This document shows, piece by piece, positions 29,064 through 37,737 of a stretch of 64,000 bases of DNA (within the stretch, counting starts at the first letter, position 1; every line of letters starts with the position of its first letter). Source of the stretch: Patescibacteria group bacterium UBA7435 (GTDB taxonomy: Bacteria; Patescibacteriota; Minisyncoccia; Phycocordibacterales; UBA918); contig DLQJ01000007.1 of assembly GCA_002477545.1 (NCBI GenBank), positions 19,942-83,941 on the forward strand, in the 5' to 3' direction. A model generated the notes under the pieces. It was not told the DNA's origin. It saw only the letters and a list, made by a program, of their open reading frames with translations, and ran no database searches. A program made the translations under genes and the position numbers.

Positions 29064-29664
29064 TGCTTCAGTATCTCCAACAACAACGACCTGGGTTGCT
29101 GTATCTTCAATTGTTGCGATATTTCCGTACGCGGTATCAGTAGATTGTACTGATACGGTTCCTGTAACAGCGATAATTGCTGCAATAACAGTGGATATAA
29201 TAAGCCAATTGTCTTATCTAACAATAAAGCGTCGTGAGAGTCACACAGGTCGTGAGACTTGTTACATTGCGGAGGCACCTAGATATTAAAGTTTACTTTC
29301 ATATCTTGGGACCGTAGCAATGTCAGAACTGTTCACAGTTCTGTATGACCGAACAAGCGCAGATTGTATGGCCTTGTGCCCTACAATAAACCCTCCTCAC
29401 AACCACTTCTGTATACCAAAGTGGTAATACAAACATCTCCCGAAGGAGACAACCGGACAATCATAGCATGATTCTCGGATTTATATGACTATACCATGTT
29501 TTCCTCTTTATGTCAATGTATATAGCTTTCTTGCAATCAAAAAACGGCTCTACTACAATGTTTCATAGTACCTTTAGATCTTCACCGAGACTAAAAATCG
29601 TTGCAAATTACATAATATAGGCTATAGTGCTAAGTAGAAACAACAGATCATATGGGAGACGGAA

Positions 29665-30117
29665 ATGTATTTGTTAAGATGGAAAAAACCTTGGCATAAG
29701 CAAGCAGAATTGCGTACGATTACTATTGCAATGCGTTTACTTGAAGTCCTTAGACTTAGGTATAATTGCAATATAAATGAGACTGTATTAAGTGAAGTTA
29801 TTTTTGAAAAACATACAAAAACAGATTTCTCTGTTATTTGTGTTTTTAATAACCCAAAACTTGATCATTTCAGGGTAAGAGTTTGTTTTATTAAAAAATC
29901 AGAGACCTATACCTCTACGGCCGGTGAAATAAGAGTAGGCATAGATAGCATTCTGTCACGCTCAGGATCATTCACAATTTCTGATACTAACGAAATAATT
30001 TTACTTCTTGACGGGATAAATCCTTTTGGTACAGCACAGGAATATACTTTAAGAACAAGCATTACAACCAGAACAGCGGCGGAAGTATATAATCTGAAAA
30101 CAAAAAAGCGTGCCTAG
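29665..30117 (+). CDS. Hypothetical protein (isolated gene flanked by long non-coding DNA)
   Basis: 150-aa ORF. No motif recognised. Confidence 0.35.
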   Translation: MYLLRWKKPWHKQAELRTITIAMRLLEVLRLRYNCNINETVLSEVIFEKHTKTDFSVICVFNNPKLDHFRVRVCFIKKSETYTSTAGEIRVGIDSILSRSGSFTISDTNEIILLLDGINPFGTAQEYTLRTSITTRTAAEVYNLKTKKRA

Positions 30118-30130
30118 GCACGCTTTTTTA
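30101..30130. terminator. Bidirectional terminator
   Basis: 'agcgtgcctaggcacgct' followed by TTTTTT. Confidence 0.65.
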
Positions 30131-30145
30131 TGTTCCAATGGTGTT

Positions 30146-30913
30146 CTATTCTGTTTTCTTGTTTGTCAGAGAATCCATCAAGTGAGTTGCAGACTCTACC
30201 GACCGTAAGATCTCAAGAGGAACCGCAAAGACAACCGTATTAGATTGGTCTGAGGAAAGGTCGTTCAAAGATTGCAGTGTACGCAAATGAAGCGCTCCTG
30301 TAGACCCTGAAAGCATCTTTGCAGCCTTTGCCATGTTCTCAGCAGCAGCTACTTCCCCTTCAGCCTTAATGATCACTGAACGTCGTTCACGCTCAGCCTC
30401 AGCTTGCTTACCGATAGTTCGCTCCATATCTTCAGGGAGGAAGAAATCTTTAAGCTCCACATTTTCTACCGTAATTCCCCACTCATCTGTCTCCTTGTCG
30501 ATAATAGTCTGGATACGTGCAGAAAGCTCATCTCTCTGCGAAAGCACCTCATCAAGCTCAGCACCTCCCACAATGTTACGCATAGTCGTTTGTGCAAGTT
30601 GTGAGACTGCATGTCGGAAGTCTTCTACTTCAAGAATAGCGCGCGACGCATCAGATACCTTGTAGTAAATTACTGCATTAATACTTGCAGACACATTGTC
30701 TTTAGTGATCACCTTCTGATCAGGCACATCTACCGCCTTCACCCGCATATCCACCTTCTGCATTTTCTGAAAAATAGGCACCAAGATGCTCCACCCAGGC
30801 TGTCGAATACCCGTAAATTTACCCATAGTAAGCACTACCCCACGTTCATACTGCTTGACCTCCCGCAAAAACGAGAGAACCACAACCGCTGCCCCAAATA
30901 GAATCCATCCCAT
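30146..30913 (-). CDS. SPFH/band-7 (stomatin-like) protein
   Basis: N-terminal TM, then an SPFH domain ('YYKVSDASRAILEVEDF'), then a coiled coil. Confidence 0.85.
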   Translation of the reverse strand: MGWILFGAAVVVLSFLREVKQYERGVVLTMGKFTGIRQPGWSILVPIFQKMQKVDMRVKAVDVPDQKVITKDNVSASINAVIYYKVSDASRAILEVEDFRHAVSQLAQTTMRNIVGGAELDEVLSQRDELSARIQTIIDKETDEWGITVENVELKDFFLPEDMERTIGKQAEAERERRSVIIKAEGEVAAAENMAKAAKMLSGSTGALHLRTLQSLNDLSSDQSNTVVFAVPLEILRSVESATHLMDSLTNKKTE

Positions 30914-30998
30914 AGTTTTATATAATTAATACAATAAAGTCCTCCCAGTATAGCAAAAATACAGAATTCACACTAAATATCGCAGATTATAAAATTTT

Positions 30999-31847
30999 TC
31001 AGACCTTCTGGTTGAGTAAGGCCATTGCGCCGTAAAGTCCACCCTGATCCGCCAAAGTCGCATCCAAAATAAGTGGTGTGGGGACCACATCATTCATAGC
31101 CTCATTTGTGTGTTTTATAATGTCATCAAGCAAAATGCGTGGATCTCCCACAATCATTGAACCACCAAGCACGATAGCATCTGGCGACCAATACAAAATT
31201 GAATTACGTAGCCCATGCCCTAGGTACATCGCGAGTTGATCCCATACCGCATCACTTTGTGGTATATCATACGGCTTTACACCCATTCGACGTTCTAAGG
31301 CAGTACCTGAAACAAGATTTTCAAGGGTAGGCTCAATATCTTCCCCTAGAATTGTATGGTCAATATCTAAAATTTGATGACCTGGTTCAAACCCATAACT
31401 GTAGTCATCAACAACACCTCCTTCAATTTTCGCTCCCCCAACGCCAGTACTAACGGTAAGATAAACGATTATATCGTGACCAATACCTGCACCAAAAACA
31501 GCCTCGCCTAAACCAACCATTGCTGCATCATTTTCTAAATATACTTTGGCGCCAAGACCTTTTTCAAGCACCTCGGCCAAAGGTTCATCCTCCCAAGTAG
31601 ACAAAGCCATACCTGGATCCCGAATGATCCCCGTCTTTTCACCATTAAGGATGCCTCGCATACCGCCCGCCATTGCCTGTACCTTATTCCCTCCAATCAG
31701 TTTTTTTGCTTCTTCTATAATTTTTTTAGTACCTGCAGAAAAATCCTTAGGCGTATCAAATTTCACAGAATCAGAAATAGTCTTCAAATCCTCTGAAACT
31801 GCAACGCGTGTTTTAGTACCACCAATATCGAAAAGAACGTAACTCAT
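30999..31847 (-). CDS. ROK/BadF-type sugar kinase (putative glucokinase)
   Basis: 'VLFDIGGTKTRVAV' N-terminal ATPase motif, 282 aa. Confidence 0.6.
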   Translation of the reverse strand: MSYVLFDIGGTKTRVAVSEDLKTISDSVKFDTPKDFSAGTKKIIEEAKKLIGGNKVQAMAGGMRGILNGEKTGIIRDPGMALSTWEDEPLAEVLEKGLGAKVYLENDAAMVGLGEAVFGAGIGHDIIVYLTVSTGVGGAKIEGGVVDDYSYGFEPGHQILDIDHTILGEDIEPTLENLVSGTALERRMGVKPYDIPQSDAVWDQLAMYLGHGLRNSILYWSPDAIVLGGSMIVGDPRILLDDIIKHTNEAMNDVVPTPLILDATLADQGGLYGAMALLNQKV

Positions 31848-31888
31848 ATGTATGTGTATTGTATCAGGTAAAATTATTTGTTTTTCAG

Positions 31889-32824
31889 CTACTCCACTAT
31901 CGCTTTTAAATCCTGTCCAAAAATCTTTGACGCAGTCTGAACGTATTGCTCGATTGACTGCTTGAAGTATGGTGGATGTGCAGCTTGGATCTTTCCTACC
32001 ACAAAGTAGCTAATGGCGATAAACGCCCCGTAATCAACATTCTTCGGTAATGAAACCTGTAATCTATTCTTAGGGAGTCCGTAATATTCATTTTCTACTC
32101 CGAAACTAATAAACAGTTCATCGCCTGAGGGTACCACTGTCTTTGCATGCTTTACTTCTTCATCAGTAAACACACGACCTGTGATCTGTGGCCCAAACAA
32201 TTCATCAAACTTGGTGCGCAGCATGGAGCGAGCGTGTTCAAAATGTGATGGAATGAGGATGGCATACGCACTGTAGTCACCAAAATTACGAAGCAATTTT
32301 GGTGATACTTCCTCCAAAATAAATGCAGTAATTTCTTCAGCGTTCTCCCCTGTCTTTCCCAAAATCGGACTCAAGTATGTTGAAGTGTTGTAAGTGTACG
32401 GTTCACGATTCTTTGGGAACACATGGACGCAATCCACTGATACAGCTTCTGAAGCTGGTGCGTTTAGTGTGTTAGTAACCAAATGAACCTCCAGACCCTT
32501 TGCTTGCAGATCAGCGACCATCTCTATGGCATGCTTGCTACCAGAGGCACTAAATACAACCGCACCATCAATACCTGCTTCCTTTTCCAAGACCGAATAA
32601 TACGAAGACTCATCGGCAAACAAAGCTGATTGTTCTGAAAAGACAATTTGTGCAGTGAGGTACGCGTTACCACTACCGAGCACCAACGGTTTCTTCATAT
32701 GAGAAAAATTAAGCTTCGGTAATTCAGCTTCCGCAAAAAGCTCAAGTGCACCAAGTACAACCACATCAAGATCTGGTAATGAATCGATTGTAAATTGTGC
32801 CAATGTGTCTTGGTGTATACCCAT
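31889..32824 (-). CDS. Hypothetical; SIS-like fold, possibly a sugar-phosphate isomerase (archaeal PGI/PMI-like)
   Basis: 'LVLGSGNAYLTAQI' and 'VVFSASGSKHAIEM' resemble SIS motifs. Adjacent to a sugar kinase. Confidence 0.3.
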   Translation of the reverse strand: MGIHQDTLAQFTIDSLPDLDVVVLGALELFAEAELPKLNFSHMKKPLVLGSGNAYLTAQIVFSEQSALFADESSYYSVLEKEAGIDGAVVFSASGSKHAIEMVADLQAKGLEVHLVTNTLNAPASEAVSVDCVHVFPKNREPYTYNTSTYLSPILGKTGENAEEITAFILEEVSPKLLRNFGDYSAYAILIPSHFEHARSMLRTKFDELFGPQITGRVFTDEEVKHAKTVVPSGDELFISFGVENEYYGLPKNRLQVSLPKNVDYGAFIAISYFVVGKIQAAHPPYFKQSIEQYVQTASKIFGQDLKAIVE

Positions 32825-32826
32825 GA

Positions 32827-33585
32827 CTATAGTTGCTTAGTTTTCTTTCCGCTGGTTGCTTTCACAACGTACTTGTACGCCTCATCAACAGAATCAACTA
32901 CTTGAAACAAGTCCATGTCCTCTTTGCTGATTGTCTTGTACTCCTTAAGTAGTGTCTTCTTAAATACAGAAACCATTGGTCCCCAGAAATCCGCTCCGTA
33001 TAACACAATAGGAATACGCTCAATTTTCTTCGTTTGGATAAGGGTAAGCATTTCAAAGAGCTCATCCATCGTTCCAAACCCTCCTGGGAAGTAGATATAC
33101 GCTTCGGACGCGAACGCGAGCATCACCTTTCGAGAGAAGAAGAAGTCAAAATCAAGAGACTCAGTAGTGTACGGGTTTAATTTTTGCTCAAATGGAAGTT
33201 GGATATTTAGTCCAACAGACTGCCCTCCAACTTTAAACGCACCGACATTACCTGCTTCCATAATTCCCGGACCTCCTCCAGTAATTACCGTAAAATTTTT
33301 CTTAGCCAACTTCGCAGCCAATGCTTCAGCAGCTTTGTAGTATGGGTCACCTGGATTGGTTCGTGCACTTCCGTAAATACTTACCGCTAACCCTTGCTTC
33401 CGTAAAAGTTCGAATCCCATCACAAACTCCGACATAATTCGAAACACACGCCATGATTCAATAGCATCTCCGTTAGTATCCAGTAATTCAGTGACAATAC
33501 GACAGTTCTCAACCGTATCACCCTTCTTAGCTTTTGAAGCTTTCCCTCCCAAAATTTTACGTACCATATGCATACAGTTTATCAT
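32827..33585 (-). CDS. LOG-family protein (cytokinin riboside 5'-monophosphate phosphoribohydrolase-like, TIGR00730)
   Basis: 'YGSAR', 'ITGGGPGIMEA' and 'FPGGFGTMDELFE'. Confidence 0.85.
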   Translation of the reverse strand: MINCMHMVRKILGGKASKAKKGDTVENCRIVTELLDTNGDAIESWRVFRIMSEFVMGFELLRKQGLAVSIYGSARTNPGDPYYKAAEALAAKLAKKNFTVITGGGPGIMEAGNVGAFKVGGQSVGLNIQLPFEQKLNPYTTESLDFDFFFSRKVMLAFASEAYIYFPGGFGTMDELFEMLTLIQTKKIERIPIVLYGADFWGPMVSVFKKTLLKEYKTISKEDMDLFQVVDSVDEAYKYVVKATSGKKTKQL

Positions 33586-33635
33586 GGGTGTAAAATCAAA
33601 AGCATAGTTGCTCCCAGGTACGGTATACTGAAATC

Positions 33636-33980
33636 ATGATAAAACGGCATCTTGGAAGATTTAAATATGCATTTTCTGGACTCTATTTTGCACTACGCAA
33701 TGACTTCAGTTATGCATCACAAGTGTATGGAGGTGCTTTAGTTATCGGTATATTCACCTACTTCGTTTCACCCAACCAAACCGAACTAATGTTCCTGACA
33801 CTAGCATGGGTACTTATCCTTATTACAGAAATACAAAACTCAGCGCTTGAAGAAGCACTCGATCATATGCATCCTGATTTGCATCACAAAATTGGTCGAT
33901 CAAAAGACATGGCTGCCGGTGCCGTGCTTACTGCAGGATTCTTCCTTATCTTTGTAATGGTTGTTATCACTTTTTTCTAA
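33636..33980 (+). CDS. dgkA: Prokaryotic diacylglycerol/undecaprenol kinase
   Basis: 114-aa 3-TM protein with 'EIQNSALEEALD' and a DgkA-like N-terminus. Confidence 0.75.
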   Translation: MIKRHLGRFKYAFSGLYFALRNDFSYASQVYGGALVIGIFTYFVSPNQTELMFLTLAWVLILITEIQNSALEEALDHMHPDLHHKIGRSKDMAAGAVLTAGFFLIFVMVVITFF

Positions 33981-34567
33981 AACGGAATTTTGAACTTTTC
34001 AAATTCTGGCAGAAGTTTTTGACCATAGAGCAAACGAGAGGTCACCTCAGCGTGGCACAAGGCTCCTGTAAGTGCATTGTGCGGGTGTGGTTCTTCTGGT
34101 ATACCACAATACGTAAGCACCGCATCTAGGTCGAGGTTTGAACGATGTCGCTTCGGGTCAACTGGAGGTGTTAGTCCCCGCTTCACAATATGCATCCAAC
34201 ACAATGAGTGTGTATCAATGGTTCGATACGCTAAATCCCAATTAAGACCCGCTCTTTGTGCTGCTGCACGCAGAAAATCGCGATCAAAGGATATGTTCTG
34301 CCCTGTGAGTGTTCGATCAATAAACACTTTTGACCACTCGAGAAATTTTGCTGTAATCTCAGCTTCAGTCTGCTTATTCGTGTCAGTAATCTCAGCTTCA
34401 GTAAATCCATTGACCTCAAGGGCACCGTCCATTACATGCGCACCAGTCCATATCTGACACTCCTCATAAAAACGGTTATTCGGATTGTTAAAATCAATCG
34501 CCCCTATAGAGACAATGGAGTGCTTTTGGTAATTAACTCCTGATGCTTCAATATCTACAATTAACAT
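33977..34567 (-). CDS. DEDDh 3'-5' exonuclease (DnaQ-like)
   Basis: 'LIVDIEASG' Exo I, 'FDRDFL' Exo II and a C-terminal 'H...D' Exo III. Confidence 0.7.
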   Translation of the reverse strand: MLIVDIEASGVNYQKHSIVSIGAIDFNNPNNRFYEECQIWTGAHVMDGALEVNGFTEAEITDTNKQTEAEITAKFLEWSKVFIDRTLTGQNISFDRDFLRAAAQRAGLNWDLAYRTIDTHSLCWMHIVKRGLTPPVDPKRHRSNLDLDAVLTYCGIPEEPHPHNALTGALCHAEVTSRLLYGQKLLPEFEKFKIPF

Positions 34568-34606
34568 ACGTCTATGGTATCACGGACATTTTGATACAAT
34601 ACCTAC

Positions 34607-35272
34607 ATGACTGTTCACATTACTGAATCTTGGAAGGAAATTCTTGCTGACGAACTCAATACAAAGCATTTTAAAAAACTCTGGAACACTGTAGATAATG
34701 CTTATGCTTCTGATACGGTGATCTTTCCTCCCCAAGAACTTATATTCAATGCATTTAATCATTGTGCCTTCAATGAGATCAAAGTTGTCATCATCGGACA
34801 AGATCCCTATCATGGGCCCGGACAAGCACACGGGCTCTCATTCTCAGTACCTAACGGAATCTCAAATCCACCCTCATTACAAAACATTTTTAAAGAAGTG
34901 CACAAAGATGACGTCAGCAAGGTCCCTAAGTCCGGAAATCTTGAACGTTGGGCAGACCAAGGAGTCCTCATGCTAAACAGCACCCTTACTGTAGAAGCTG
35001 GCAAAGCAGGATCACACCAAGATCTAGGGTGGGAACAGTTTACTGATGCGGTAATCACCAAGATTTCACAAAATAAGGAACATATTGTGTTTCTACTCTG
35101 GGGTGCGTTTGCGCAGAGAAAAAATCTACTAATTGATGAAACGAAGCACTTAATACTCAAAGCACCGCACCCTTCCCCGCTTTCATCATATCGAGGTTTT
35201 TTTGGTTGTGATCATTTTAATAAAACAAATCAATATTTAGATAAACATAATTTGGGAACTGTTAAATGGTGA
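34607..35272 (+). CDS. ung: Uracil-DNA glycosylase, family 1
   Basis: 'GQDPYHGPGQAHGLSFSV', 'LLWG' and 'HPSPLS'. Confidence 0.9.
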   Translation: MTVHITESWKEILADELNTKHFKKLWNTVDNAYASDTVIFPPQELIFNAFNHCAFNEIKVVIIGQDPYHGPGQAHGLSFSVPNGISNPPSLQNIFKEVHKDDVSKVPKSGNLERWADQGVLMLNSTLTVEAGKAGSHQDLGWEQFTDAVITKISQNKEHIVFLLWGAFAQRKNLLIDETKHLILKAPHPSPLSSYRGFFGCDHFNKTNQYLDKHNLGTVKW

Positions 35273-35347
35273 GACAAAAATGCTTACTTTCTATAATACT
35301 GTTTCTAACTTCTTGTATTCCAATGTACGAATACATGATGCGCTACT

Positions 35348-35698
35348 TTAAAAATCGCAATTAACTGCAGGTGTATAACCTGATGCACGTGCTTCCTCTT
35401 GTGAAGCGAAATATATTTTGTTTTCTTCATTAATACGTTGAGCACCTGAACAATCCAACAGGTGGTACTTTGTTCCCTTTTTTGAGGCAACAAAGTTTTG
35501 TTCTGTTGACGATCCATAGGTTGCGATGGCGGCCTGCAGAGATAATACAACCCCTGGTTCGTTAGTTGTTGCCACTACTGGTTCAGTAACTGACAAGCGT
35601 CCCAATGCGAATGAAAGCATTCCTACCGTCAGCAACAATACAGTGTAAAAGTAAACGTCCTCCTCAAAAATACGTTTATATAGTTCTTGTATTTTCAT
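35348..35698 (-). CDS. Membrane-anchored protein with C-terminal Ada-like metal-binding (YHxxxC...FxSxxEAxxxGYxPxxxC) domain
   Basis: N-terminal TM helix; C-terminal 'KYHLLDCSGAQRINEENKIYFASQEEARASGYTPAVNC'. Confidence 0.35.
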   Translation of the reverse strand: MKIQELYKRIFEEDVYFYTVLLLTVGMLSFALGRLSVTEPVVATTNEPGVVLSLQAAIATYGSSTEQNFVASKKGTKYHLLDCSGAQRINEENKIYFASQEEARASGYTPAVNCDF

Positions 35699-35748
35699 AC
35701 GTTGCCATAAGTATAGGAAATTTAGTATGAGTAAAATCTAAAGAAAAA

Positions 35749-35771
35749 TGTGTAAGGGTAGCCCTTACACA
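35749..35771. promoter_or_regulatory. Perfect 10-3-10 palindrome TGTGTAAGGG-TAG-CCCTTACACA (candidate operator) in the divergent promoter region
   Basis: Seen directly. The same half-sites recur twice at 46855-46906. Confidence 0.5.
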
Positions 35772-35854
35772 CATCTATACGCTCAAGAGCTTGAGTTTTT
35801 GCTCCATATCTTGTATACTCACTCCCGTTATTAATTCGATTATACCTATATTGT

Positions 35855-36133
35855 ATGTCAACTAAGAAAGCCGGCGGAACAGCCAAAAACCTGCGTGATT
35901 CGCAGCCAAAATATCTCGGTGTCAAAAGCGCTGATGGGCAGTCTGTAAAGACCGGCCAGATCATCGTTCGACAACGAGGTACTAAAGTCGAAGCAGGAAA
36001 AAACGTTAAAATTGGGAAAGATCACACTCTTTTCGCAGCATGCCCAGGAAAAGTTTCTTTCCGAAGTATGCGAAAGACCAGTTTCAGTGGCCACATCAAG
36101 GTCAAGAAGATGGTAGACGTTGTAACTGCGTAG
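35855..36133 (+). CDS. rpmA: 50S ribosomal protein L27
   Basis: '[21 protein letters not shown]...IIVRQRGTK...GKDHTLFA'. Confidence 0.9.
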   Translation: MSTKKAGGTAKNLRDSQPKYLGVKSADGQSVKTGQIIVRQRGTKVEAGKNVKIGKDHTLFAACPGKVSFRSMRKTSFSGHIKVKKMVDVVTA

Positions 36134-36237
36134 AAAGACTCCATTGAAAAAGCGTACGGTATACCGTACGCTTTTTCATAAACAAAAACAAACGACCAAT
36201 GCGCTAAGCGCATTGGTCGTTTGTTTTGTACGTGCCT

Positions 36238-36951
36238 CTACCCTTCAGCCTTGATAGTCACAGACTCAACAATAACTGGCTCGATCGGGAGATCGCGTGG
36301 TCCAGTTTCTACCGTTGAAATAACATCAATAATATCCATTCCTGAAACAATACGTCCAAATACTGGATGCTTTGAGGTGAATGGTTGCTTATCAAAGTCT
36401 AACGCAAGGTTATCAACCGTGTTGATGAAGAATTGACTTCCTCCTGAATTTGGCTGTCCTGTATTTGCCATTGAGATTGACCCTCGTGTGTTTGTAAGTA
36501 ACTCACCTTCCACAAATTCATCTTGAATGGTGAACCCTGGCCCTCCAGTTCCATAGATAGAACTATCGTCTCCCTTAGAGTTAGGATCTCCCCCTTGGAT
36601 CATGAATCCATCAATAATTCGGTGGAACTTAATACCATCGTAGAATCCGTCTTCAATAAGCGTAATAAAGTTTCCTGTAGTAATAGGCATCTGGTCAGCG
36701 TAAAGCTCAAGCTCAAACGTTCCTTTACTAGTTGTAAATACTGCTACTGGGTTCATAGTGTTTGTTATAGCTAACTGTTCATTTTCCGCGAGTACCTCTG
36801 GTGATAATGGTGCTTCCAATTCGATGACTGAACCATCGTCATTCAGAAGCAGTGCAGGTGCCTGAGATTCACGTGACGTTAAGTACATGAGTCCTGCAAC
36901 TAATACCGCACATCCTACAAGTACCAATACAATTTGTTTGATATCTGCCAT
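36238..36951 (-). CDS. Cyclophilin-type peptidyl-prolyl isomerase with N-terminal TM anchor
   Basis: 'FHRIIDGFMIQGGDP', 'GTGGPGF' and 'SMAN'. Confidence 0.9.
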   Translation of the reverse strand: MADIKQIVLVLVGCAVLVAGLMYLTSRESQAPALLLNDDGSVIELEAPLSPEVLAENEQLAITNTMNPVAVFTTSKGTFELELYADQMPITTGNFITLIEDGFYDGIKFHRIIDGFMIQGGDPNSKGDDSSIYGTGGPGFTIQDEFVEGELLTNTRGSISMANTGQPNSGGSQFFINTVDNLALDFDKQPFTSKHPVFGRIVSGMDIIDVISTVETGPRDLPIEPVIVESVTIKAEG

Positions 36952-36956
36952 AGACG

Positions 36957-37400
36957 TTATTTAGCAACTACTGATACTTTTACTGATGATTGTGTATCTC
37001 CTGATACTAATTCAATAGCATGTTCCCCGACCTCTTTAATTGGAGATTTGATAACAATCTGAGATTCAAGCACCTCTTTTCCTGTTGCAGTTTTAACTGC
37101 TTCAAGAATAGCATCAACTTTTAATGCCTGGAACATACGTCCCTCTTCGTTTGCTTCAGCTGCAATTTCTAGTGTTGTTTCTTTAATTGCCGCAAGCGCT
37201 TCTTGGAATACATTGTCAGACGCAGCTCGATCAGCTTCAGTTTTTGCTGATTGTGCATTAATTGCCTTAACGTTTTCTGGTGACGCTTGTTTAGCCATTC
37301 CTTGTGGAATCAGTTTGTTTAGTCCGTAGCCGCTTGGTACTTCAACGATATCGAATCGTCGTCCTACTTTCGCAACATCCTGTAGCAGAATTACTTTCAT
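36957..37400 (-). CDS. rplI: 50S ribosomal protein L9
   Basis: 'MKVILLQDVAKVGRRFDIVEVPSGYGLNKLIP'. Confidence 0.85.
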   Translation of the reverse strand: MKVILLQDVAKVGRRFDIVEVPSGYGLNKLIPQGMAKQASPENVKAINAQSAKTEADRAASDNVFQEALAAIKETTLEIAAEANEEGRMFQALKVDAILEAVKTATGKEVLESQIVIKSPIKEVGEHAIELVSGDTQSSVKVSVVAK

Positions 37401-37699
37401 GTTTAACTTTTTTACGTGTAAATTCGTGTCGTACTATAGCATTTAAAGCGATTTACTTCTAGATCATATGTGGTATATTTGACGTCTTACGTTCTTGTTG
37501 TACAAACCAGATCTGGAGAGACAACTTAATGTCAGTAGCCTACATAAAAACCGAGAATAAATTTGCTAAAAAAATTTTGAAAATTGGCCCAAAGACATGG
37601 CGCTTCTATATCGGTAAAACACTTCACCATATAACTTTTTTCAGCGGTGTAAACTACACTTGGTCACGACCTATACGAAAAACTAGAAACTGCTGATAT

Positions 37700-37732
37700 T
37701 AAAAAGGCGCATCACCATGATGCGCCTTTTTC
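37700..37732. terminator. Bidirectional terminator
   Basis: 'ggcgcatcaccatgatgcgcc' flanked by A- and T-runs. Confidence 0.6.
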
Positions 37733-37737
37733 ATTGT

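Noticed and set aside
29318-29338. Second LexA box (cagaactgttcacagttctg)
   Set aside because: The spacing is GAAC-N8-GTTC or N1, not the N4 of the Cheo box. It is probably a different palindrome.
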